From Escherichia coli (GTDB lineage Bacteria > Pseudomonadota > Gammaproteobacteria > Enterobacterales > Enterobacteriaceae), in assembly GCF_024502345.1 (NCBI RefSeq), contig NZ_JALDNN010000001.1: a DNA stretch of 64,000 nucleotides, one strand, 5' to 3'. Below, piece after piece: positions 44,728 through 56,366 of this stretch. The notes beneath the pieces were generated by a model that saw only the letters and a list, made by a program, of their open reading frames with translations, searched no databases and was not told the origin of the DNA. How positions within the stretch are numbered: the stretch's first letter is position 1; every line of letters starts with the position of its first letter. Both the position numbers and the translations under genes were made by a program.

Positions 44728-45999
44728 ATGAAAACCAAAGTTGCTGCTATTTATGGCAAGCGGGATGTCCGTCTGCGCGAATTTGAACTGCCAGAAATTA
44801 CCGATAATGAATTACTGGTGAGTGTGATTTCTGACAGCGTCTGTTTATCCACCTGGAAAGCGGCGTTACTCGGTAGTGAACATAAACGCGTACCCGACGA
44901 TTTAGAAAATCATCCGGTCATTACCGGGCATGAATGTGCTGGGGTTATTGTCGAAGTGGGTAAAAATCTCACTGGCAAATATAAAAAAGGCCAGCGTTTT
45001 GTATTGCAACCGGCGATGGGGTTACCAAGCGGATATTCAGCGGGCTACAGCTACGAATATTTTGGCGGCAATGCCACTTATATGATTATTCCCGAAATCG
45101 CCATTAATTTGGGCTGCGTATTACCGTATCACGGCTCTTATTTTGCTGCGGCGTCGCTGGCAGAGCCTATGTGCTGCATTATTGGTGCTTATCATGCCAA
45201 TTATCACACCACGCAATATGTTTATGAGCATCGCATGGGCGTCAAACCTGGCGGCAATATTGCACTGCTGGCGTGTGCAGGTCCGATGGGCATTGGCGCT
45301 ATCGATTACGCCATTAACGGCGGCATACAACCGTCGCGGGTGGTCGATATCGACGACAAACGTCTGGCGCAGGTACAGAAGCTGCTGCCGGTGGAACTGG
45401 CGGCCAGTAAAGGCATTGAGCTGGTGTATGTGAATACCAAAGGGATGAGCGATCCTGTCCAGATGCTGCGGGCGCTGACAGGAGATGCCGGGTTCGATGA
45501 CATTTTTGTTTATGCGGCGGTGCCTGCTGTCGTTGAGATGGCTGATGAATTACTGGCGGAAGATGGCTGTCTGAACTTCTTTGCCGGGCCGACGGATAAA
45601 AACTTCAAAGTGCCGTTTAATTTCTACAACGTTCATTACAACAGCACGCACGTCGTCGGTACATCCGGCGGTTCAACGGACGACATGAAAGAGGCAATTG
45701 CCCTTAGCGCCACTGGGCAGTTACAGCCGTCGTTTATGGTGACCCATATCGGTGGCCTGGATGCGGTGCCAGAAACCGTGCTCAATCTGCCGGATATCCC
45801 TGGCGGTAAAAAACTCATTTATAACGGCGTGACCATGCCGCTCACTGCCATTGCCGATTTTGCCGAAAAAGGCAAAACCGATCCGCTGTTTAAAGAGTTG
45901 GCGCGGCTGGTTGAGGAAACGCACGGCATCTGGAATGAACAGGCCGAGAAATATCTGCTGGCACAATTTGGCGTTGATATCGGGGAGGCCGCGCAATGA
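44728..45999 (+). CDS. yggP: zinc-binding dehydrogenase family protein (423 aa)
   Basis: MDR-type motifs (GHECAG); synteny. Confidence 0.7.
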   Translation: MKTKVAAIYGKRDVRLREFELPEITDNELLVSVISDSVCLSTWKAALLGSEHKRVPDDLENHPVITGHECAGVIVEVGKNLTGKYKKGQRFVLQPAMGLPSGYSAGYSYEYFGGNATYMIIPEIAINLGCVLPYHGSYFAAASLAEPMCCIIGAYHANYHTTQYVYEHRMGVKPGGNIALLACAGPMGIGAIDYAINGGIQPSRVVDIDDKRLAQVQKLLPVELAASKGIELVYVNTKGMSDPVQMLRALTGDAGFDDIFVYAAVPAVVEMADELLAEDGCLNFFAGPTDKNFKVPFNFYNVHYNSTHVVGTSGGSTDDMKEAIALSATGQLQPSFMVTHIGGLDAVPETVLNLPDIPGGKKLIYNGVTMPLTAIADFAEKGKTDPLFKELARLVEETHGIWNEQAEKYLLAQFGVDIGEAAQ

Positions 46000-46961
46000 T
46001 GTCCCTGGCGTGGCCATTATTTCGCGTTACGGAACAGGCAGCGTTGGCTGCCTGGCCGCAAACCGGATGTGGCGACAAAAATAAAATTGATGGCCTGGCG
46101 GTCACCGCGATGCGCCAGGCATTAAACGACGTCGCTTTTCGTGGACGAGTGGTTATCGGCGAAGGAGAAATTGACCATGCGCCGATGCTGTGGATTGGCG
46201 AAGAGGTGGGCAAAGGCGATGGGCCAGAAGTCGATATCGCGGTTGATCCCATTGAAGGCACGCGGATGGTGGCGATGGGGCAGAGCAATGCGCTGGCGGT
46301 CATGGCTTTCGCCCCTCGAGATAGCCTGTTACATGCGCCCGATATGTATATGAAAAAGCTGGTTGTTAATCGACTGGCTGCCGGGGCGATTGATCTGTCT
46401 TTGCCTCTGGCGGACAACTTGCGTAACGTGGCGCGGGCGTTAGGTAAACCGCTGGACAAGCTGCGCATGGTTACGCTGGATAAACCGCGTCTGAGTGCCG
46501 CGATTGAGGAAGCAACACAGCTGGGGGTGAAAGTTTTTGCCCTGCCGGATGGCGATGTCGCCGCCAGCGTGCTGACCTGCTGGCAGGATAATCCTTACGA
46601 CGTGATGTACACCATCGGCGGCGCGCCGGAAGGCGTGATTTCTGCCTGTGCCGTTAAAGCATTAGGCGGGGATATGCAGGCCGAGCTGATTGACTTTTGT
46701 CAGGCTAAAGGGGATTACACGGAAAATCGGCAGATTGCAGAGCAGGAGCGCAAGCGTTGCAAGGCAATGGGCGTTGACGTTAACCGTGTGTACTCGCTCG
46801 ATGAACTGGTGAGGGGGAACGATATCCTCTTTAGCGCTACGGGCGTGACGGGCGGCGAGTTGGTGAACGGTATCCAACAGACGGCGAATGGGGTGCGGAC
46901 GCAGACATTACTGATCGGCGGCGCGGACCAAACGTGTAATATAATAGACTCCCTGCATTAA
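45996..46961 (+). CDS. yggF: class II (GlpX-like) fructose-1,6-bisphosphatase (321 aa)
   Basis: Length; synteny. Confidence 0.75.
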   Translation: MMSLAWPLFRVTEQAALAAWPQTGCGDKNKIDGLAVTAMRQALNDVAFRGRVVIGEGEIDHAPMLWIGEEVGKGDGPEVDIAVDPIEGTRMVAMGQSNALAVMAFAPRDSLLHAPDMYMKKLVVNRLAAGAIDLSLPLADNLRNVARALGKPLDKLRMVTLDKPRLSAAIEEATQLGVKVFALPDGDVAASVLTCWQDNPYDVMYTIGGAPEGVISACAVKALGGDMQAELIDFCQAKGDYTENRQIAEQERKRCKAMGVDVNRVYSLDELVRGNDILFSATGVTGGELVNGIQQTANGVRTQTLLIGGADQTCNIIDSLH

Positions 46962-46982
46962 TGGTGATCTATCGGAAGACGA

Positions 46983-47492
46983 ATGGCGACGCTGACAGAA
47001 GATGATGTGCTTGAGCAACTGGACGCACAGGACAATTTATTTTCATTTATGAATACTGCGCATTCAATTTTGCTCCAGGGGATACGCCAGTTTCTGCCGT
47101 CGCTGTTTGTCGATAACGATGAAGAGATCGTCGAATATGCAGTGAAGCCGTTACTCGCCCAAAGCGGCCCGCTTGACGATATTGATGTTGCACTGCGTTT
47201 GATTTATGCGCTGGGAAAAATGGATAAATGGCTGTACGCCGATATCACCCATTTTTCCCAGTTCTGGCATTACCTGAACGAACAGGATGAAACGCCCGGA
47301 TTTGCCGATGACATGACCTGGGATTTTATCAGCAACGTCAATAGCATAACCCGCAATGCGACTTTCTATGACGCGTTGAAAGCGATGAAGTTCGCCGATT
47401 TCGCCGTCTGGTCAGAGGTGCGTTTTACCGGGATGGTCAAAACGGCGCTGACGCTGGCAGTAACGACAACCTTAAAGGAATTAACGCCGTGA
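46983..47492 (+). CDS. yggD: MtlR-like putative regulator (169 aa)
   Basis: Length; synteny. Confidence 0.7.
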   Translation: MATLTEDDVLEQLDAQDNLFSFMNTAHSILLQGIRQFLPSLFVDNDEEIVEYAVKPLLAQSGPLDDIDVALRLIYALGKMDKWLYADITHFSQFWHYLNEQDETPGFADDMTWDFISNVNSITRNATFYDALKAMKFADFAVWSEVRFTGMVKTALTLAVTTTLKELTP

Positions 47493-48202
47493 AAATTGAA
47501 TTAACGGTGAATGGGCTGAACGTGCAAGCGCAGTACCATGATGAAGAGATAGAACGCGTGCATAAACCGTTGCTGCGTATGCTGGCGGCCTTACAGACGG
47601 TAAATCCGCAGCGCCGAACCGTGGTTTTTCTTTGCGCTCCGCCGGGGACGGGTAAATCTACCCTAACCACCTTCTGGGAATATCTCGCGCAACAAGACCC
47701 GGAGCTGCCCGCTATTCAGACGCTCCCGATGGATGGTTTTCACCATTACAATAGCTGGCTGGACGCGCATCAATTGCGCCCCTTCAAAGGCGCACCAGAG
47801 ACATTTGACGTTGCGAAACTGGCGGAAAATCTGCGCCAGGTGGTGGAAGGGGATTGTACGTGGCCGCAGTACGATCGACAAAAGCATGATCCTGTTGAAG
47901 ATGCGTTGCACGTTACCGCACCACTCGTCATCGTCGAAGGAAACTGGTTGTTGCTGGACGACGAGAAGTGGTGCCAGCTTGCGCAATTTTGTGATTTCTC
48001 GATCTTTATCAACGCGCCAGCTACTGCGTTGCGGGAGCGTCTGGTGGGGCGCAAGCTGGCGGGAGGGGTATCGCTGGCAGATGCAGAAGCCTTTTATGAC
48101 CGTACCGACGGGCCGAATGTTCGCCGGGTGCTGGAAGAGAGTCTGCCTGCAAATTTGACCTTAATGATGACCGCTACGGGTGAATATCGTCTGGTGGATT
48201 AA
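47489..48202 (+). CDS. yggC: P-loop kinase family protein (237 aa)
   Basis: Walker A APPGTGKST; synteny. Confidence 0.75.
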   Translation: MKIELTVNGLNVQAQYHDEEIERVHKPLLRMLAALQTVNPQRRTVVFLCAPPGTGKSTLTTFWEYLAQQDPELPAIQTLPMDGFHHYNSWLDAHQLRPFKGAPETFDVAKLAENLRQVVEGDCTWPQYDRQKHDPVEDALHVTAPLVIVEGNWLLLDDEKWCQLAQFCDFSIFINAPATALRERLVGRKLAGGVSLADAEAFYDRTDGPNVRRVLEESLPANLTLMMTATGEYRLVD

Positions 48203-48884
48203 CGTTCCTGATTACACCATCTTCCAGTCGCACCACACGAGAGAAATGACGCCGGGTAAATGCGGCGTCATGACTGATTGCTACCACGCTCGTGCCTCGC
48301 TGGCGGCACTTCTCCAGCCAGCTTTCAAACACGCTCAACCAATTTTCGTCAAAATCCCGACTCGGCTCGTCCAGCAGCAATAGTGGCGGAGAGAGTGCTT
48401 CCAGGCAGGCGACGGCGACCATCCGTCGCTGCGCACTATGCAGATCCAACGGGTGCGCGCTGGCAGTGTCTGCTAACTGACAACATTGCAGGGCAGCATG
48501 GGTACGTTGAGTGATTTCATCCGCCGGGCATTTTTGCAGTTTCAAACCAAATGCGATCTCGTCAGCGACGGTGCTGTGAAAAAGTTGGTTTTCCGCTTCC
48601 TGAAACAGTACGCCAATCTTTGCCGCGCGCTGGCGGTTTTTCAGGTTTTTCATCGCCTGTTGTTGCAGCATAACCGTACCGGCTGTGGGCGTAAGAAGAC
48701 CTGCCATTACTCGTAACAGCGTCGATTTCCCTGCGCCATTGTCACCGGTCAGCGCCAACCATTCACCTTGTTTGAGTTGCAGAGAAATGTCGCAAAGACA
48801 ATCCGTTGCCGCGCCAGGCCAGCGATAAGATATCTGATTTAACGTTAACATAGTGGCTGGAGTGCTCCGTTTTGCAATTGCCAC
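48174..48884 (-). CDS. ABC/ECF-type ATP-binding protein, second ATPase (236 aa; start possibly at 48851)
   Basis: Walker A GDNGAGKST, Q-loop, Walker B LLLLDEPS; tightly coupled to the upstream ATPase gene. Confidence 0.75.
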   Translation of the reverse strand: MAIAKRSTPATMLTLNQISYRWPGAATDCLCDISLQLKQGEWLALTGDNGAGKSTLLRVMAGLLTPTAGTVMLQQQAMKNLKNRQRAAKIGVLFQEAENQLFHSTVADEIAFGLKLQKCPADEITQRTHAALQCCQLADTASAHPLDLHSAQRRMVAVACLEALSPPLLLLDEPSRDFDENWLSVFESWLEKCRQRGTSVVAISHDAAFTRRHFSRVVRLEDGVIRNVNPPDDIHP

Positions 48885-49528
48885 GCTTGCTGGCAGTAGT
48901 TCAGGAAAGGTGTGCGATGACGTTCAAAAAGAATAATCAGCGAACCACGTTCAAACGCCCAGTGTTGTAAGCGCTGCAACAGCATTTCGCTGGCCTGCGG
49001 CGTCAGGCGGCTAAAGGCTTCATCAAGAATTAATAGCTTTGGCTGCATCGCGATGGCGCAGGCGATGACCACGCGCTGTGTCTCTCCACCGGAGAGTGTT
49101 GCCGGGTGACGATGGCGCAACGGCTGGCACTCGGTCAGAGTCAGGGCGGCATCAATCCGCGCCATAATCTCTGCTTCAGCAAGACACAGATTTTCTGGCC
49201 CAAAGGCAACTTCTTCTTCCACGCTAAAGGTACAGCCGGAGAGCTGCAAATAGGGCGATTGCTGGACGAGCTGGATGGTGGCGGATTGTTCATTAAGCGG
49301 GAGATGCCCAATGGGCGTACCGAGGAGCGTCCCCGTGCCTGTTATCTCTCCTGGCAGAAAGTCCGGATACCAGCCCGCCATCAGCTGTGCCAGCGTACTT
49401 TTGCCACTGCCGTTGTCACCAAAGATGGCGACCATCCCCGGTTTGACATAGTGAAAGTCATAACAGAACGGAGGATGCGTTGAGTGTGTCGGGCAATAAC
49501 GGAACTGTTCTAACGTAACCATATCCAC
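48845..49528 (-). CDS. ABC/ECF-type ATP-binding protein, first ATPase (227 aa)
   Basis: Walker A GDNGSGKST, signature LSGGETQR, Walker B LLILDEAF. Confidence 0.75.
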   Translation of the reverse strand: MDMVTLEQFRYCPTHSTHPPFCYDFHYVKPGMVAIFGDNGSGKSTLAQLMAGWYPDFLPGEITGTGTLLGTPIGHLPLNEQSATIQLVQQSPYLQLSGCTFSVEEEVAFGPENLCLAEAEIMARIDAALTLTECQPLRHRHPATLSGGETQRVVIACAIAMQPKLLILDEAFSRLTPQASEMLLQRLQHWAFERGSLIILFERHRTPFLNYCQQAWQLQNGALQPLC

Positions 49529-50217
49529 GCTCCGAATTCTGTCAGCATCAGCAAGATCATGGTGTAACGCGCTACGCGTTGTAGGGTGCTATCGGCTGGT
49601 GCCCACAACGTTGTTCGTCGGTTGTGGATCCGAAATGCCCGCATATCCAGCGCCGCACCACGGACAGCAAGATCGTTTAGCGCATTGTGTGTTAGCGGAA
49701 TAATTAACGCGGGCATCGCACGTAAACGCTGATACCAGCCCTCATCCAGCGGCACGCCGCGGGCACGCTGCGCTTCATGAATAATCGCTAATTGCCGTTT
49801 TAACTGCTCAACGACCAATAACGGCCCGGCAAACAGATAAGCGACGCCTGGCGGCAGGCGAGAAGCAAACAGAGCGCGGATAAAACATTGCACGGGGACG
49901 TACTGCATCCACAACTGTGAGGTTGAAACAATCGCCAGAATCCGCAACCAGAGCGTAATAGCATGCGTCCAACGCTCCGGCGAACGCGGCGTGCCGCTTA
50001 GCCATTCTGTTAGCCAGCCACCGTGTACCAGCCACAGCCCGGCTCCCAGCGAGAACATCAGCCAGACGACATATTTTGCCCGCCGCCGCGTGGCCTTTAG
50101 CGCAATAAGGCAAAAAAAGGTCGCCGCGCTATAGATCGGCAAAATGGTCTGCGCGGGCAGGATAAGCGTGGTGCAGGCCGCCAATGCCCATAGTGTTAAT
50201 GAGGTAAATGGATGCAT
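49510..50217 (-). CDS. ECF transporter transmembrane (T) component-like protein (235 aa)
   Basis: Hydrophobic; EcfT/CbiQ-like Arg-rich loop AIIHEAQRARG; position in operon. Confidence 0.6.
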   Translation of the reverse strand: MHPFTSLTLWALAACTTLILPAQTILPIYSAATFFCLIALKATRRRAKYVVWLMFSLGAGLWLVHGGWLTEWLSGTPRSPERWTHAITLWLRILAIVSTSQLWMQYVPVQCFIRALFASRLPPGVAYLFAGPLLVVEQLKRQLAIIHEAQRARGVPLDEGWYQRLRAMPALIIPLTHNALNDLAVRGAALDMRAFRIHNRRTTLWAPADSTLQRVARYTMILLMLTEFGAWIWLR

Positions 50218-50796
50218 TTAGCGCACGGCAGCCATTGCCGGAAAATGGCGCGTGGTGCGAATCGGCAGCTGGCGCAGTAAAAGCCAGACAATCACCGCTG
50301 TAAGAGTTTTATCGACCAGGTTCGCGCCTATCACCGTAATCGCCACCGACTCCACCAGGTTTTGCCCCATCGAGTGCATCCAGGCAACGAACAAATCGGC
50401 TCCGCTACCGGTGACACCGCCGAACAGCGCAGTACGCAGCGGTACAGCGACGACCGTTACCGCAAGCGTAATAATCACGCCGCTGACAACGACTTTTGGC
50501 AGGGTGCGAAACCAACCCGCTCGCGCCAGCCAACCGGCGACCAGGCCGATGACCATCGCGACGGGTGCAAATGCGGCGGCGATCGGGTCGGTCAGCAATC
50601 CCCAGAGTAAATTGGTCAGTAAGCCGGTCAGCATTCCGATCACCGGACCAAGCAGTACCGCGCTAATAAGTGTGCCGATGGAGTCGAGAAATATAGGTAA
50701 TTTGACCATGCTGGCCAGTTGCCCGCCGATCATATTGATGGCGATAGATATAACGATCAACACCAGTGCCTGACTGGAAAAGTGGCTACGCGCCAT
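50218..50796 (-). CDS. putative ECF substrate-specific (S) component membrane protein (about 192 aa)
   Basis: Hydrophobic small membrane protein; start taken at MARSHFSS with a good RBS. Confidence 0.55.
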   Translation of the reverse strand: MARSHFSSQALVLIVISIAINMIGGQLASMVKLPIFLDSIGTLISAVLLGPVIGMLTGLLTNLLWGLLTDPIAAAFAPVAMVIGLVAGWLARAGWFRTLPKVVVSGVIITLAVTVVAVPLRTALFGGVTGSGADLFVAWMHSMGQNLVESVAITVIGANLVDKTLTAVIVWLLLRQLPIRTTRHFPAMAAVR

Positions 50797-50818
50797 AAGA
50801 AAACCTCTTTGAAAGTAG

Positions 50819-51250
50819 TTATTTAACGGGGGAAATATGCAACTCGTCGTAACCAGAAAGCGCGCAAGGTTGGCGGCTAAACGCCAGTTCCTCAAGGCTA
50901 CCGATCACCAGTTCAAGCGTGGTCCGCACGGTACAGCCGGGCATCATATGACCGCCAAGCATCGTGCCGTGTGGATCGGAAACGCAGAGATGAAGATGCT
51001 CACCACTCTGTTCCAGCGTGCCGTTTAGTGAGATCACTTCGAATGTACCGTTCAGGAGCGTGGTGCCTTCTTGCCCGGCATAGCGCAAGGCGACGTCAGT
51101 CAGGCTACCGGTACAGCCTGCAATCCAGGCGGCATGAAGTTGATGCTGCTGTGCAAAAGCGTGTAGCTGGGAAAAAACTTCCTGCCCGGGGAGGAGGCGC
51201 AGTGCGTAAAAGCGTGCGGAGGAAGAATATAGGTAGGGCAATGTCATCAT
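50819..51250 (-). CDS. DUF296 / PPC-domain-like protein (143 aa)
   Basis: First gene of the cluster; family assignment from memory only. Confidence 0.45.
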   Translation of the reverse strand: MMTLPYLYSSSARFYALRLLPGQEVFSQLHAFAQQHQLHAAWIAGCTGSLTDVALRYAGQEGTTLLNGTFEVISLNGTLEQSGEHLHLCVSDPHGTMLGGHMMPGCTVRTTLELVIGSLEELAFSRQPCALSGYDELHISPVK

Positions 51251-51621
51251 TGGAGTACTCCGAAACTCGGACGTATTGCGGATAATATCGACGCTGCATC
51301 AGTCATATTCTGATATAAGTCAGGGTTTGTGACGGCACAACGAAAAGATTTTGCTACGCTTATTCGTGATTCTGCAAAGTGGAATAAATTCCACAGGGGC
51401 GGGGCTGAAAACGTGACGTAAGTCAGATAATTGCTTTCTTTGACTGGACAATCATTCCTTTTATTCCACGTTTCGCTTATCCTAGCTGAAGCGTTTCAGT
51501 CGATTAAATGTTCGACAATTAACCAATCAGTCGCAGTTTGCGACAGGTAAGGTTTCCCCGGACGATTTGCTGGATTACTCTGTCTGGCAAATTTGCTCAG
51601 GGAAAACCTTGCAGGAGATCT

Positions 51622-52641
51622 ATGACCGTACGCGTAGCGATAAATGGCTTCGGTCGCATCGGGCGTAATGTGGTTCGTGCTTTGTATGAATCCGGACGCC
51701 GGGCGGAAATTACCGTGGTGGCAATCAACGAACTGGCGGATGCTGCGGGCATGGCGCATTTGTTGAAATATGACACCAGCCATGGCCGTTTTGCATGGGA
51801 AGTACGACAGGAACGCGATCAACTTTTTGTTGGTGATGACGCCATCCGCGTATTGCATGAACGTTCACTGCAATCGCTCCCCTGGCGTGAACTTGGCGTT
51901 GATGTAGTCCTCGACTGCACCGGCGTATATGGCTCCCGCGAGCATGGCGAAGCGCATATTGCCGCCGGGGCCAAAAAAGTGCTCTTTTCACATCCTGGCA
52001 GTAACGATCTCGACGCGACCGTTGTTTACGGCGTCAATCAGGATCAACTTCGTGCGGAACACCGCATCGTTTCTAACGCTTCCTGTACCACGAATTGCAT
52101 AATTCCCGTCATCAAATTGTTAGATGATGCGTACGGTATTGAGTCCGGCACTGTGACCACAATTCACTCCGCCATGCACGATCAACAGGTTATTGATGCA
52201 TACCATCCTGACCTGCGTCGCACCCGGGCAGCCAGCCAGTCGATCATTCCGGTCGATACTAAACTGGCCGCCGGTATCACACGATTTTTTCCGCAATTTA
52301 ACGATCGCTTTGAAGCGATTGCGGTACGTGTGCCAACCATAAATGTGACGGCAATCGATTTAAGCGTGACGGTGAAGAAACCTGTAAAAGCCAATGAAGT
52401 CAACCTGTTGCTGCAAAAAGCAGCACAAGGTGCATTTCATGGTATAGTTGACTATACGGAATTGCCGTTGGTCTCTGTAGATTTTAACCACGATCCGCAC
52501 AGTGCCATTGTCGATGGCACCCAAACCCGGGTCAGTGGCGCACACCTGATCAAAACGTTGGTCTGGTGCGATAACGAATGGGGCTTTGCTAACCGAATGC
52601 TCGACACGACGTTAGCTATGGCTACTGTTGCTTTCAGGTAA
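51622..52641 (+). CDS. epd: D-erythrose-4-phosphate dehydrogenase (339 aa)
   Basis: Start [25 protein letters not shown]; GAPDH-family. Confidence 0.9.
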
Positions 52642-52690
52642 GACGCAAGCAGCGTCTGCAAAACTTTTAGAATCAACGAGAGGATTCACC

Positions 52691-53854
52691 ATGTCTGTAA
52701 TTAAGATGACCGATCTGGATCTTGCTGGGAAACGTGTATTTATCCGTGCGGATCTGAACGTACCAGTAAAAGACGGGAAAGTAACCAGCGATGCGCGTAT
52801 CCGTGCTTCTCTGCCGACCATCGAACTGGCCCTGAAACAAGGCGCAAAAGTGATGGTAACTTCCCACCTGGGTCGTCCTACCGAAGGCGAGTACAACGAA
52901 GAATTCTCTCTGCTGCCGGTTGTTAACTACCTGAAAGACAAACTGTCTAACCCGGTTCGTCTGGTTAAAGATTACCTCGACGGCGTTGACGTTGCTGAAG
53001 GTGAACTGGTTGTTCTGGAAAACGTTCGCTTCAACAAAGGCGAGAAGAAAGACGACGAAACCCTGTCCAAAAAATACGCTGCACTGTGTGACGTGTTCGT
53101 AATGGACGCATTCGGTACTGCTCACCGCGCGCAGGCTTCTACTCACGGTATCGGTAAATTCGCTGATGTTGCGTGCGCAGGCCCGCTGTTGGCAGCTGAA
53201 CTGGACGCGCTGGGTAAAGCACTGAAAGAACCTGCGCGCCCGATGGTGGCTATCGTTGGTGGTTCTAAAGTTTCTACCAAACTGACCGTTCTGGACTCCC
53301 TGTCTAAAATCGCTGACCAGCTGATCGTAGGTGGTGGTATCGCTAACACCTTTATCGCGGCACAAGGCCACGATGTGGGTAAATCCCTGTACGAAGCGGA
53401 CCTGGTTGACGAAGCTAAACGTCTGCTGACCACCTGCAACATCCCGGTTCCGTCTGATGTTCGCGTAGCAACCGAGTTCTCTGAAACTGCACCGGCTACC
53501 CTGAAATCTGTTAACGATGTGAAAGCTGACGAGCAGATCCTGGATATCGGTGATGCTTCCGCTCAGGAACTGGCTGAAATCCTGAAGAATGCGAAAACCA
53601 TTCTGTGGAACGGTCCGGTTGGCGTGTTCGAATTCCCGAACTTCCGCAAAGGTACTGAAATCGTGGCTAACGCTATCGCAGACAGCGAAGCGTTCTCCAT
53701 CGCTGGCGGCGGCGACACTCTGGCAGCAATCGACCTGTTCGGCATTGCTGACAAAATCTCCTACATCTCCACTGGCGGCGGCGCATTCCTCGAATTCGTG
53801 GAAGGTAAAGTACTGCCTGCAGTAGCGATGCTCGAAGAGCGCGCTAAGAAGTAA
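52691..53854 (+). CDS. pgk: phosphoglycerate kinase (387 aa)
   Basis: Start [25 protein letters not shown]. Confidence 0.95.
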
Positions 53855-53860
53855 AAAATC

Positions 53861-53888
53861 ACAGGGCAGGGAAACCTGCCCTTGTTTC
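53861..53888 (+). terminator. putative terminator after pgk
   Basis: agggcagg gaaa cctgccct hairpin; weak T-run. Confidence 0.45.
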
Positions 53889-54068
53889 AGCGCGCTTTTA
53901 GAGCACGCATTTTTTCATACTCTAAATAATTCGAGTTGCAGGAAGGCGACAAGAGAGTGAATCCCCAGGAGCTTACATAAGTAAGTGACTGGGGTGAGCG
54001 AACGCAGACGCAGCACATGCAACTTGAAGTATGACGAGTATAAGGCCCGACGATACAGGACAAGAGAC

Positions 54069-55148
54069 ATGTCTAAGATTTTTGATTTCGTAAAACCTGG
54101 CGTAATCACTGGTGATGACGTACAGAAAGTTTTCCAGGTAGCAAAAGAAAACAACTTCGCACTGCCAGCAGTAAACTGCGTCGGTACTGACTCCATTAAC
54201 GCCGTACTGGAAACCGCTGCTAAAGTTAAAGCGCCGGTTATCGTTCAGTTCTCCAACGGTGGTGCTTCCTTTATCGCTGGTAAAGGCGTGAAATCTGACG
54301 TTCCGCAGGGTGCTGCTATACTGGGCGCGATCTCTGGTGCGCATCACGTTCACCAGATGGCTGAACACTATGGTGTTCCGGTGATCCTGCATACCGACCA
54401 CTGCGCGAAGAAACTGCTGCCGTGGATCGACGGTCTGCTGGACGCGGGTGAAAAACACTTCGCAGCTACCGGTAAGCCGCTGTTCTCTTCTCACATGATC
54501 GACCTGTCTGAAGAATCTCTGCAAGAGAACATCGAAATCTGCTCTAAATACCTGGAGCGTATGTCCAAAATCGGCATGACTCTGGAAATCGAACTGGGTT
54601 GCACCGGTGGTGAAGAAGACGGCGTGGACAACAGCCACATGGACGCTTCTGCACTGTACACCCAGCCGGAAGACGTTGATTACGCATACACCGAGCTGAG
54701 CAAAATCAGCCCGCGTTTCACCATCGCTGCGTCCTTCGGTAACGTACACGGTGTTTACAAGCCGGGTAACGTGGTTCTGACTCCGACCATCCTGCGTGAT
54801 TCTCAGGAATATGTTTCTAAGAAACACAACCTGCCGCACAACAGCCTGAACTTCGTATTCCACGGTGGTTCCGGTTCTACTGCTCAGGAAATCAAAGACT
54901 CCGTAAGCTACGGCGTAGTGAAAATGAACATCGATACCGATACCCAATGGGCAACCTGGGAAGGCGTTCTGAACTACTACAAAGCGAACGAAGCTTATCT
55001 GCAGGGTCAGCTGGGTAACCCGAAAGGCGAAGATCAGCCGAACAAGAAATACTACGATCCGCGCGTATGGCTGCGTGCCGGTCAGACTTCGATGATCGCT
55101 CGTCTGGAAAAAGCATTCCAGGAACTGAACGCGATCGACGTTCTGTAA
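54069..55148 (+). CDS. fbaA: fructose-bisphosphate aldolase class II (359 aa)
   Basis: Start MSKIFDFVKPGVITGDDVQKVF. Confidence 0.95.
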   Translation: MSKIFDFVKPGVITGDDVQKVFQVAKENNFALPAVNCVGTDSINAVLETAAKVKAPVIVQFSNGGASFIAGKGVKSDVPQGAAILGAISGAHHVHQMAEHYGVPVILHTDHCAKKLLPWIDGLLDAGEKHFAATGKPLFSSHMIDLSEESLQENIEICSKYLERMSKIGMTLEIELGCTGGEEDGVDNSHMDASALYTQPEDVDYAYTELSKISPRFTIAASFGNVHGVYKPGNVVLTPTILRDSQEYVSKKHNLPHNSLNFVFHGGSGSTAQEIKDSVSYGVVKMNIDTDTQWATWEGVLNYYKANEAYLQGQLGNPKGEDQPNKKYYDPRVWLRAGQTSMIARLEKAFQELNAIDVL

Positions 55149-55174
55149 GATATTCCTTTCTGCTTATCTCAAGG

Positions 55175-55196
55175 CCCGCTCTGCGGGTCTTTTTTT
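55175..55196 (+). terminator. intrinsic terminator of fbaA
   Basis: cccgc tct gcggg followed by TTTTTTT. Confidence 0.7.
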
Positions 55197-55211
55197 CGCC
55201 AAAAGCAAAAT

Positions 55212-55311
55212 TGCCTGATGCGCTACGCTTATCAGGCCTACACGTATCCTGCAATATATTGAATTTGCAGGTTTTTGTAGGCCGGATAAGGCGTTCACGC
55301 CGCATCCGGCA
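55212..55311. repeat. REP/BIME element
   Basis: tgcctgatgcgctacgcttatcaggcct and ggccggataaggcgttcacgccgcatccggca units. Confidence 0.8.
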
Positions 55312-55505
55312 TGACAAAGCGCACATTGATATCTGTCTGAGCCCCGCTCTGCGGGGATTTTTTCGCCAAAAGCAAGGTGATTCAGATGAGAAATCTGTGA
55401 TCTATTTGGCAAAATTATGCTTTATTGTTTACCCTTGTCAGACTGCCCGTCATAAGGCGGCGGAGTGTATTTCTCCATTTTGAGTCAGTTGAAAAGGAAT
55501 ATTGA

Positions 55506-56366
<861 letters not shown>

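Noticed and set aside
53973-54947. 324-aa ORF antisense to fbaA; similar long antisense ORFs in pgk (52673..53371) and ansB (17708..18520)
   Set aside because: Same codon-bias artefact; each sense gene is unambiguous.
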